Origin: Laetmonice hystrix
Lineage: Eukaryota
Length of the DNA stretch: 64,000 nt
NCBI GenBank assembly: GCA_965235115.1
Contig: OZ249442.1
Coordinates: forward strand, 19,220,001 to 19,284,000
Direction: 5' to 3'
Part shown: positions 1-12,265 of the stretch, piece after piece
Numbering within the stretch: the first letter of the stretch is position 1
Layout of the letters: each line of letters opens with the position of its first letter
Program-made: the position numbers and the translations under genes
Notes under the pieces: generated by a model
The model's database searches: none
Told to the model about the DNA's origin: nothing
The model's input: the letters and a program-made list of their open reading frames with translations, nothing else

Positions 1-3000
1 CAATGGCTTGTTACTAATCATGTTAGGAATGCTGAAACCTTGGCCTTGTATGATCCACCACCTGTTGGCAGTGTTGCAGTGTAGGCCAGCCGTTGGAACT
101 TCAAGCCAGTTCTAATCACTGACTGACTCGACACTCGGGGAGCAATTAGGCCTATGTCATCAGTGTTGGGAGAACTTAGGCCATTCATGAATAGGACAAT
201 TTCCAATAAAAAAAGAGAGGTCGACCTTTAAGTTTAAAAAACAGGTGTTGGGGGTAATTAACAGGGACAAGTAAGGATGAGAAAAAGGGGCATAAATTAA
301 AAAGGAGGGCCTAGACCCCCTGGATGTCCCCATTGCCATTGGCTTCACCACTGTCCTGCATTTCCAATAGGGCCTGCATCAATTTGTGACTGGGTCCTGT
401 TAAATGAGGGAGAGAACTTTCAGTTCGGCATGAGGTCCCCCCCTGAAATTGGCCTGAAAATTAAATATAATCTGGATGTCTGACTGACTGGTTCACATGA
501 ACCCGTGTGGTCTTGATCCTGCTGCTTGTCAAAAAGGGCACTTTCAGAATATGATTTATATAAATATGAAATAGAATTATATTCCATATAAATATGGTGA
601 TTTTCTTTCTGGTAGTACCGCATTAAAGTTAATTGGAAACTTTTAAGCCTAATTTTGTGAGGGGCTTAGACCTGCAGGAGGAGGGGGGGGCTAAGTGCAT
701 GTAATTTTTTCTTTTTTTGGGGGGGGGGGGGCACGTAGCTATTGTAAACAGGACGGTGTGCTCAGTTTTAGTAATGAACAGATGGTGAACTAGTTCGGGG
801 ATGGGCCTTGCCTGTTGTCTAGTGCATGCATTCACTCTGATGGCATGTAGGCCCAGTATTGACCGACTCCGCAGTGACAACTGCAACAGGCACAGGCCCA
901 AGTCCTGTCCTGGTGTGCCAGGCAAAACTAGGACGTCAGTGACAGTTTGGATGGTTCTCGACTTTCTATTATCACCGCAGCAATACAATAGCAGGCTGGT
1001 GCTTGTAGATAATAAAGTCCTTTGGTTGATATGGATTGACCTCATTCTCAGGACTAATCATGTGTGGATCTTGTCCACATACTGGTGCCTCTGGTGAGGT
1101 CATTAATAACATTCATATATTCTTGTCCTTGGTTATAACCTGAAACTTTGAGAGCAGATCTATGGATTTGACAAGGAACAGCAGCCGTGGAGCAGTGCTA
1201 CTCTACTGCGCATTGTCTGTTCACTGCATTCATCCTGTGTATGTGTGTTGCCTGATGTTTGTCAGCCAATATGGTTGAAAAAGGAATGGCCTAAATGGCA
1301 CACATACACGACCACATGGATGCTCAGTTGGCCAGGTGTACTTTTGTATGTTTACTGAGAGTGAAACAGAGCTTGGCCTTGGCCACTGGCACTGGGATTC
1401 TAATAAGTAATGAGTAAAAGGAAGGCATCTGAGCCTGATTAACACGACGGTGCTTCTTGTAGACTGCTGATCACCCATCTGTAACGCTTGCTGGCAGTAC
1501 TTCTGGTTGAAAAGATGTAATTGCAGGCAATGGGGACAGCAATTAAGCTATGCCTCGTTTAGCCCATAAGCTAAGAGATTACAGGATCCGATGCTTCGAG
1601 ATCTATGCAGGCAGCAGACGGTCTTGCTGTCCTATATTTTTAAGGAGTAACATTGATAGTTACTGAAGCAGTTTGCACTGATGACCTAACTGTGAATGTT
1701 TTCTGATTTTCTGTTCAAATGCATAGGTAACGGTTACCTGTAATCTTGGTTTTCCGCCCGCCTATTAAAGTGGTTCAGTAAATGGTATACTACTTTTAAA
1801 GGCTTCAATCCAGCTTATGCTTGAGAGGATTAGTAATGACCCAATACAGGACAGAACAAGTGGTTTAATCAATATGGGATTACGGTGATGAGCCACATGC
1901 TTTTGCTGATTAGGAACACATAGCAAAGACCTATGATCATTCATAGATCTTTGCATATAGGCTAGCAAGGGTAAATTTGTTGACCTACTACTATACTGTA
2001 GGGGAGATTAAAGACAATCTGAGTCTAGTTCTGGTATAAAAACATGTTGCTAAACAAGGTCTGCTGATAGCATTTCTCATAATGCCAAACTTTCTTGGTT
2101 ATCAGCTTTTTAGTGGGGTTGAAGACTGAACTAAAAACATTTGCCTTTTTTGCTTTGTTAGGCTAATAACTTGGATTAGTTTGTATCTTTCTCATACCAG
2201 TTTGGAAAGAGCAGAGTATCATAATGGAACCATACATTTTCTTCGCCTATAATTAAAAGTTTTTCCTACGTTTATCGGGCACGTTTAGCAAGCAGGATAT
2301 ACTGCAGTCCCAATCTGGCAATGCTGTGAAGGGAGGCCACAGAGAATAGACACCAGCAAGACATGAAGTACAACACATGAACCGGCACTACTGGAATAAA
2401 TCGCCTTCGCGAATACATTAGTGTTCTAGTTGTGGCACAGCGGCACTGACCGGCCAATGAGCTCCTTCTCTGGAAGCCTTTAACCAGGATTGGTGACCGG
2501 TTCGCTCAGCATCCCTGAAGCTATGTGGGTCATATTCATCTATGGTACACGACAGCAAGTGCTGCATAGGCCATTCTCTTGTTTAGTCATCAGACTCCAG
2601 CATTGTTTGACCTCATCGCCATATGAGGTGCAGCTCAATTTCAGATGGCAAATTGTCAGACAAACTAGTATGTTGATTTCTGGCAGTTCTGTCCAGACTG
2701 GTAAAAATTCGCGATTTCAAGCAATTTTTTTTGAGAAGGCGATTAATATGAATAGGTGGGATCCATTCTTAATTATTGTTTAACTTTCAGGACAAACTAC
2801 CATAATGCAAGCCAGCATAAAAAAAGGGAGGGAAAACTGAGAGGGAAACTGGGAAAACTGTGGAGAGAGGCATCTTGCTATCGGATCCAAAAGTGTAGTG
2901 TAGTGTCACTTTGTACTATTCATTCATGGCTTGTAGGTCCATAGTCCGGATCCATGTGAGCCACCTTGGGTGATGATGTTGGGCCATATGGATTTGTTCC

Positions 3001-6000
3001 TTTTAGACTACTCTTCCATGAATATCTGGGCCAGCTGCCTTGTCATCTTGTCCAGAGGGGGCCCCAACATGTTGTATGGGAACGTCGGAGTAAGGTTGCG
3101 TTTGGCTGACTGCCACCATTGATGGCAGTGCAGTCTGGCAAGGCTAAACCAGCATCACATGCATAGCAGCGAGCGGAGAATGACGCCGCAGACCTAAGAG
3201 GCGACTACCACCTCGGGGCCCCAATACCATGCACTGCTGTCCCAGGCTGTCTGGTGGCTGCCATCATCGCCAAAAAAACGCGCCACTGCAGAAATAAGGG
3301 ATGCCCAGTTTGAGTTTCGCATGGAACACTATGTGCCAGCAAGTCGTAACAGGTTGTTGTACCGGCACGGAAGTTATATATTTTAGCTGATGAGAATATT
3401 AGCCAATAGGTATCTATTGTCATACCTAGTTAATCCATTGAAACAGACTAGCGCATCATATTCATCTGAAGTCAAGGTCATACATAATCAGATGATGTCG
3501 GTACCGGAAAACTATCTTTCTTTCACTAACAGCCTGTTGTATTCATGGCGGCCGAGAAAAAAAAGTAACGTAGAGATTACATCACACTCATTTTACATCC
3601 TTTGTGTACAAGTCTGGAACCTGGGCCCATCCGATTGTCTCATTGGTATATTAATACGGCTTGTTATAAAACAATACGCCTAGGTTCCTGCTCTTCAATA
3701 TCCTTAATCTGTAACAGACTGAGACAGTGACACGTGCAGAGTGACACATGATTGTAGTAGACCTAGTCCTGCGTACATCGGAAACCATGAATAAGAAGAT
3801 GATTGTATACGGAAGTAGTGGAACCTCTCCCAGTAGCAGACTAGCTGTGCATAACCCGCACATAAACCAGGATATCCTGGCCTTGATTATCAGGCTGTTT
3901 CCATGCCGGTATTTCAGAAACAGTCCTTGGAAAAACTGGTTTGGAGAGAACCAAAACTTGATGGAGCTAGTTCTTAGAGACAGCTAAGACAAGAGGCTGT
4001 ATCATAAATTTGTGAGTAAGCTATTCTCCGGATAGCAGACTTTTTAGAGAAAAAGATTAACAATCAAAAAGTGATATGACCCGTAGACTAGGAGTTGGTG
4101 CTGGCATCGGTGGGAGTTAAACCTGATCACATTTTGATCCTGGAGTTGGCAAGCAGACGTCGGCTGTGTCAACAGGACTGCATCAGTCACCAGCAGTGTC
4201 AACATGTCATTGTACATCAGTACATGTACAGAAAGCTTGGCCAGTTTCAGGCAGATGTGACACTGCGTATTTCTCGAAGCCAATGCTGTGTGGACCAACG
4301 TTAAAACGTTTCTACCTCAGTTAAAAACCACCTACGTAGTACAGTTCAAAACAAAGAGTCGATTATATTTTCGCTAAGTGTATTCATATGGGAAAAAGTG
4401 TTTCCTCCAGTAATAAATTATGTGCATCATCATAAGTGTAGTGTTTATGAGGAGAGCCGTGACAAAAGAGGGGAGGTGGGAAGGTATGGGTAGCAATGGA
4501 AAGGCCTGGAGGTAATGGCTTCATCACTAATAAATGGAAAACAGACATAATGCGCATATTGGACTGTGCAGTAGACGACGGACAAGCGTGCTCTGGGAAC
4601 AGGATGTCCACACGGATCATTGCCTGGGAGCGTTGCTTTTGGTGCCTAGCTTATACCGACCGAGATTATTTTGGCTTGATTTGTGACTTGCACCACTACG
4701 CCTAGTTTGGTTGGCTAGATTTCTTTCTGTGAAGAATGGCGTTGAAAAAGCCGGGATGTCTTTTCACGGTTGAGCTGTGGAGGGACTATTATGTCTACAA
4801 GCCAGCCAGTTCCCTCTAAAAGGGAAAGGGAAACAATAATCGGTTGCACTTGTAATATGCTGCTGTTAAATATTTGGGACATTGCAAGTCCGAATATTCA
4901 GTATTGTGCTCGGTATCAATAAGTAGCAAACTTCTTACTAGAAAAAGCCTCGACCCTTTCCCGCAGGCAGCGTTTCCCTTCCTATATGTTTGCTATTCAC
5001 ATAGTATAGGCATAATCCACAAATGCATTTCTGAGACGTTCAGGTATACATCCAAGTAACTCTAGTTAGAGTCGAGTTGTTTGGGAAGGCATGCTATGTC
5101 ATTGCGTACAAAAAAGATGAAATATGAGGTGAATAAAAAAAGGGATAAGTTCCCCCCCCCCCACCCCCATAAGATGAGAAGTGGATTGGTAAGTGAAAAT
5201 CGTGTGTTAGGCTGCATTTAAAGGAACGCTAATTTTAGAAAGGGACTTTGCTCTAAAGAAGGAGGATTGCCACCTTTGATCAGATCGGGTCGCTCCAGGA
5301 TAGCTGCAGCCTGGGGCGGTACGCTGGACACGGAACACCCTACTTCAGCGTCCAGTGGTTGCTAAGCAGCACAATCACTCACAGAAGTAGAAAGGAATTC
5401 GAAGGAAATTTAGGGGTTAAAATGTCTAAATCTGAAGTAAGACATATTTCAAAGTATGAAGAAATATACAGGTGCTTCGGTCAGATTTGATTAATATAAA
5501 GTCCAAGAGTAAAGAAAAACAACGGCACATGAGTCTCTTGAGTGGCTGGACAGGAAACGCTTTGAAGTAGAAGTTAGTTCGCCTGTGAAGCATAAGAAGC
5601 GTTGCATAAGAAACATCCAGGCCAACATCCACATATACACGGTTAGTTTTCACGGCTTGGTTTATAGTTGTTGGTTGATGTGAAGAGCCGTTCAGAATGC
5701 CCAGTGGCAATGCAAGGTCTTGGGAGCCGCCGTGTTTGCTCTGACAGCGGAAGATGGCTTGCTTCATGCGTACAGACCAACTGACCGAGCTTGTGGTTAA
5801 ATGAAAGCCCTCAAGGCTAAGCAGTCAGCCAAACTGCTGAAGTACTCTGGTATATATCTCCAGGTGGATATTCATTGCATTATGTGGAGATGGTAGTCTG
5901 CCAGCCGGGAAGCCGCGGTGAGCAGTCATCTTTCGCCTCTAGAGGGAGGAGAGCTGTGCGTGCTAAATCAAGGAAACCTGATATCCTTGCAGGCTGAGGA

Positions 6001-9000
6001 GCAGGATGGCCACGGCTGCTGGTGCGGCCAGTGCCCACCCTGGCCAGACTCACTGGCAAAATGTTGAGGTGGACACTGTGTGCCGGGAGCACTATTTCTT
6101 GCAATTGCCTTTGCTTCAGCCAATAAATGGTTTCTTCCCGCTTACAAGTTGCAGTTAATAGTAAATTTGTAAAAACCCTGTAGGGTTGGTAGACAACTTG
6201 GTCACTGAAATATTTTCGTGTACTGTTTAGTAACGGAGCATCGGGAACCTTTTAGGGAAAGTGAGTTGCCAATTTAGTTTGTGTCTCGTTATCTATCTAC
6301 CACTGGACTTTGTATTTGAATGATAACTGAAAGCTATTGACAGAAAAGTTATAAGTTTGGTATGGGCACCAAGTACACGCAGAGTAATGGGGGTTCCCAT
6401 GGGACCTGAAGCCAGAGCAGTTGGGTAAAGATATGCGTATGCTAATATGTTGTTAACAATAATATTATTGTCCTATGATTATGACTTTGTACTGCCCCAA
6501 AATCGAAATCAAGAGACTCAAGAGAACTTATTCTTGTGATAAAGAATTACATGCACGAAACTTGACTCAGACTGCCGCTTATTGTGATGAAGCTGGCCTG
6601 AGACTCGCCTCAAGTCAAAGCCGAGACTCAAGGGTCACATTTGGTCATGTGGCAAGGGTCACACATGTCCAGACCATAGCGTCGTACGTTAATGCAGCGC
6701 AGCCATTGTTCAGCAACAACTTGCTGTCTGGACAAGCCCAGATGCTGCTACTGGTCAGATACAACTTTCTTCTGATATGTCTAACCCCGCCATGACCCTG
6801 GTACCATAATTAGACTCTACAGATGCATACCGCAGATTACCATGTCAGAGTTCATTGTGGCTTTTAAAACACAGAATGTTGGTACCATTGACCTGGTGTG
6901 TGTTTGAAATGAGATCTTTTCGTGTCACTGGGAATTTGTTTCAAACAGATTCATGGCCTGTCCTCGGATCTTCAAAGTGTATTGTTAGCTTTAAATGAGG
7001 CAGCGGTGGCTTTGCCAGATAAATTTTCTCAGAGTCATGGGAATTTCGTTTGTATTCCTTTTAACCCGTGGCGGTATTCCCCTCTATTTCAAGAAGTATT
7101 GTCAAATAGACAAGGCATAGTAGTATCAGATATGTGCTATCCCAATGGAATCGACAAAGCGAATGTGAGATTCTTTTGAAAACCACAGGGCCAAGTGAAC
7201 TCCTGGTTTTTAGGTTCTCTAGTACATATGCTTGCCTAGGAGACCCCGATTTGTAAAATAGACCTGATCAGCAGAACAACCAGAAATTCCCTACAAAGCT
7301 ACCGACATTTGCGTTTTATTACCAATATTTCTTTCTTCTATTTCATGTTTTTTTACCAGAGCAGGATCCAATGCATTGGTCGTCCAGCAAATATCAAGAA
7401 CAACTCGGAGAGTCCACAAATCCTTTTGAACATTAGCATAATAGCGTGTATATTATTTGTATCCGTCATAGATGCAACAAGAATGAAGTGATATTCCTGC
7501 TGGTGTCCTTTCCGCTGAGGTCTAATTTGGGTGCCTGGCCGTGGTCTGAGAGGACCGGTTAGGACCCCCGGGTCGTCTGAGACCCATCACATCGGCCCTC
7601 CTACCACGGAGCCCCGAGCACGATAATGATAGAGGTGCCTTTAGTCATAAACGCTGGCGCTGATGCTGCAGAAGGGCTTGCAGCTGGCAGACTGGTCCCA
7701 TGCAAGTTGAGCAGTCTGGACAGGCACCCGCCGGTAGGTGCTTCCACAGGCCAGCACCAAAATAGTCGAGACCCCTTCCCCCTCCCCCCTCCTTAAGGTG
7801 CTGCTGCAGTGCTGCAGCTCCTCAGCAGCCAGACCCAGCGGAGCCCCCATCCAGCAAAAGCAGTGGCAGGGAATGCTGAGCTCATCACATGATCTGTGGT
7901 GTGTTCCATTTGAAGCTGTCCCAAATCTCCAAGCTGGCAGGCTCTACTGCCACTGCCGTACCACCCAACCACCCGGCTAAACCCAGCCCTCTGTGTCTGC
8001 CACTGTTCTACACACCTGACGAGACTCGGTGGTGGATGCCACCTGGCCATGTCTACCGCTGCTACCCGTTCTGCCACCGGTAGCCTCAGGCATAATTTAT
8101 GACAGGTCGCTGCTTCAGGAAGTTTTAGTTAGATATGCAACGTTGAATGGGATTTTGGTGAAAGAAAGGGAAGCAAGGAAAGCGACCACCTAGCAATATT
8201 CAATAAACGTTTCGATTAAAATAAGGACCTACACATTGGAAAATAGACAGTCACGATGGTTAAGTATATAGCCTGACGGGATACAGAATACTATAATCAC
8301 AGTTGAAAATGTATTTTTGTGTTTGTGATAAAGAGAAACATTTAAGAGCCGGAGTAATCTGAAGAAATAAATCTGCAATCTAAAGCTAAATTAACACATA
8401 GCAATGATTATTGTATTTAAGATAGCCGACTAATTACCTAAAAAGCATTATTATAGCAATTAGCATTATGTCAGGGTATGACATCGAGAGAGCAAGCTTT
8501 TGCCTAATACATAAAAGTAAATAAATTGTGGAGTGCAGGTGGGTGAAACTTGGTATCCGCCTTCGGATACCACTGACTGAATGATTAAAAATGGAATTAA
8601 AAACTGCAGGGGAAGTGGCAGAGTTTAAGGGTTGCTGCTGGGCAAACGATAGAGACAGAAAGGTAGGAAACTTGTGCTGTGCAGCAGGCGGCAGCAGGGG
8701 GCTATAAGTGTCTACAAACCGCAGGTCCACAGCACCATGAGGTGCAATGTGATAGCTAGCTCGTACCACATGGCTTCTACACCATCCCACTCTGTGGAGG
8801 GATTGGTGCTAGCAACAGCCACTGGGCCTCTGGCACTGCCTAGTCCTGCTTGTCTGGTAACCTTGGAAAATATAGCTAGACTGCTGGATGTAACCCCGGC
8901 AGTCGGGAAGCCGAATGCTGTACAGGTGATGGTACGAAGGCAGGTCAAGTACGGATGTACCCATCTTCAAGTTCCAGGTAGAGCCAGATAAATTAGCATT

Positions 9001-10819
9001 GCCCTGTGTATTGGCATGTCTTGGTTTCCAAGTAAAATATTTTCTCTATTGTTATTCGCATGGATAGGATAAATAATATTTTCAAAGGAAAATATTGATA
9101 AGATCGCTTGAAGTCCTGAACTTGCCTATAAAAATACATGAGTCGTTGGTGACAGGCTGCATCTTTTCCTTTTTGACAAACGTCTATGGGAAAACCCAAT
9201 ATCTGAATGATTATCCACTCTGCAGTAAAAAAAGAATTTTCAGGTGGTACAAAAAAGTAACCAGTCCAAAGGCAATCGTAACATGAAGGAAGACGGAGCG
9301 CAGGCGAGATCCGCCATCCCGTCCTGCTGGTTTATAGTACAAGAGCAGTAAAGTCTGACGGTTGGTCTTTTCTGCAGACCTTCAGGTAGGAGGGAGGGGG
9401 AGTACAGGTGTGGTGAGAAGACAAGTGCTTGCCGGTGAGTCAGCCATAGCTAAGGTAACGCTTTGGCCCGCGTTGTATGGGCTTGTAGCATTGCACATCA
9501 TAACGAGGATAGACAGGACAGAGACAAATTCTACATGCTGTGATTGACCATATGCCATCGCCGTATAGGTCTTCAAAATGGTCGGTACAGAAATGAAGTA
9601 CGTGTACATGTATTTACAACGAGTTCGCCTACTTGGACGGCCCCGTTTGAGTACCGGGTCATAATCTCGTTACATGCATTGTAGATTGCATATCTTAAGT
9701 CTGGAGGCCGGCTGGGCAAAACAACACTTGCTAGATTCATATTATGAAAGTGATATTCTGGAACATCCGATAAAATCGCAGGAGAGGCAGTTGGAGTAGA
9801 GAGTGAGGGCAGATAGTGACTAAGTAAAAAGGTCCAAACATTGGTGTTGTGCCAGCAAAGTTGGTGTATATCAGCGTAGGGCAACAAGACGAATCTTTGT
9901 TAGATCTTCAGGCCCATGAACTACAGTCAGTCTTTTAATTTACATGTCTTTTTCAAGAGTAGTCAGTGTACAGTGCACATGGTTTACCCTGAAGTTTATT
10001 CTCCCAACTTCAGCCATAGCACCTCGTAAACGGATGATGAAATGGAGTGTACCGGTTCAAGTGGATGCCTATTTTTTGCTAAATGCCTTCAGTCTTACGT
10101 ATTGCTAAGGCGAATCACCGTTGTGTGTAGTTTCCCTGAATGAGACCGCCAGTTTTGGCATTCCTGCAAGTAGTACCCATGCAAACAGGGACTTGCCCTG
10201 CTTTCAGACAGCAGCGGCTTCTTCTTGGTAGAGATAATTTCCATTTGGTGCAGGCAGGCTTGCCAGACCTCGACAGGCATCAGAGGCGGTCTGTGTGGAG
10301 CTTTGGCGGCCTGGATGGCGGCAGGGGCATATTGGTAGGCTTGTGTCCATGGGTCGGAATGCTGTTTCATGTGCTGGAATGTGCAGAAGATGGGTGGAGC
10401 CAACATTTACACATTCAACCGAAAGCCAGCGACCGTCTGTGTGTCCCTGCCACCGTCAGCACTATAGCTTGTGCCAGACAGCGTCTCGCATCTACTGCTA
10501 ATACCATCTCCCCGCAATGATTAGGTTATAAGGAAAGTGGCGCTGGTTGACAACTGCTAAAGTTACCCTGGATTATTCGCTTGTGTTCAAATTACACCAA
10601 TGAGAGAAAACTGTATGTGAAATTAATACAGTATGCCAAAGACATTCTTTATAAGAACGCTTTGGATATTCTTCGTTTCATAAACAAGCAACCAGAGTAG
10701 GACCGACGCGGTGAGTGTTAATTGTACGATTTCTTTGTTATCTACTCTTGGTTGAAGCTATGTCATGGTAAGAAAGACTAAGTAGCGTCACTGATGAACG
10801 GTTTTTATTTGTGCTGCAG

Positions 10820-10887
10820 GTTGCAAGCAGGCGCGTGAGAAGACCAGTCCAGGGGATAATGACAGGCACAAGAGGCCGTGGAAACAG
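10820..10887 (+). other. Candidate non-coding 5' UTR exon of the zinc-finger gene
   Basis: Acceptor tttttatttgtgctgcag| and donor aacag|gtacgg. An upstream donor gacgcg|gtgagt at 10710 gives a 109-nt intron. Confidence 0.3.
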
Positions 10888-11028
10888 GTACGGTTCAACT
10901 TTGGTTCTGCACGAGGCAAGAATGTAGAGCGCGTAGCACAGAGATAGGAGAAATCGCTTCTCCTGGGCATTTGTTTTATTCATGAATCAGAGGTACTGAG
11001 AGTGTGCTTTGTGCTGGAGTGCCCTTGT

Positions 11029-11176
11029 GCCTCGGTTTCAAGAAAGTGGTAAAGTTAGCTAAGATTCTTAAAATGAATTTGAACCAGAGATTAACCAATC
11101 AGGAAAGAGAGAATTAACCAGTTAACCACGATTTTAATCAACTTAGTTAACTTAACCACTTTCTTGAAACCGGGGC
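11029..11176. mobile_element. Short MITE-like foldback element (148 bp)
   Basis: Inverted termini GCCTCGGTTTCAAGAAAGTGGT ... ACCACTTTCTTGAAACCGGGGC (21 of 22 match). AT-rich interior with ttaacca repeats; no clean TSD. Confidence 0.7.
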
Positions 11177-11864
11177 TTGGTGTCTAACTCCTTTTAACAC
11201 AGTTTTTTTGTCAAGTCTAGACTAGATAATGTACTTGGCGGTGTAGAAGACGCTTTTTTATACCAAAGATGACCACTGTTATCTATGGATGCTGACTGGT
11301 AAGATGGACTTACTGTTGAAATCTTCAGTTCAATAATTATTTTCTGCCTGCATTTGTGTTACATTTCTGGTGTCGATTTCGAATTGACGAGATTTTTGCA
11401 TAGTTATGTTAACTGGTACCACCAGTTACCAGAAGGCCGATGCCCCGGTTCTTTTTTTGGTGTTTAAAGTTAAATGGGATAAAGCCAGTCAGGGGCTGAA
11501 GGAGGTACAAGTGTCAGGCCAGATGGTCGAAGGCACCAGTTAAAGGATGCGATATAATGGAAACAGACAGTTGACTCAGATACCCTGGCATCTAAAACTT
11601 CGGGAGTGTTGAAACAGGTCGTTTCTACGCCCACCTGCAGCCATGTACCCAACCACATGCACTGTTCTCGCTTGCAAATCTAGTCCAGCCAGTAACACCC
11701 AAAAACGGTACGAACTGTAAAACCGTGAAAGGGACTCGACAGCACATCAAGTTAAACGTTTCCACTCTACGGTTTTTGTGTTTTACGTGGATCAGAGAGC
11801 TCATATATTGACGTCTACATTACTCCACGTTTATTTGTGTGATAATGGGGCTTATGAGATCGTG

Positions 11865-12265
11865 TCTGGTACTTCTACATGGCTGACCGTGGTAATGTTC
11901 CCTGCCACTTTTAACTGCTGCCATTGTTCATATACTTCTTCCACTAGTAGTGGTTGACTGTCATGGTGTTTACATCGACCAGTGTGCACTTCGCAGTCAT
12001 GTACTTCTCCCACTGCCAGCTGTATACTTCAGACTAACTACTGTTAGTGGCCGGCTGGAAACATGTAATCCTACCACAGGCAGTTGCTGGTTGTAATTCT
12101 TCCAATCCTAGTTGATTGTGAATACCAGCAGTATATATTTCTGTCCGGGCCAGCTATTAGATGGAATCATGTACTTTTAGTACAGTGACTCCCAGTGGCT
12201 GGTTGCGATTGTGTATTTCTGCCATTGTCAGTGGGTGGCTGTGGTAATGTCTGCCAGTGGCTGCG
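11865..12265. repeat. Highly degenerate repeat tract, roughly 30-bp units
   Basis: Recurrent (T)GTA(C/T)TTCT.CCA.....GTGG(C/T)TG-like motif, about 8-10 times, judged by eye. Confidence 0.4.
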
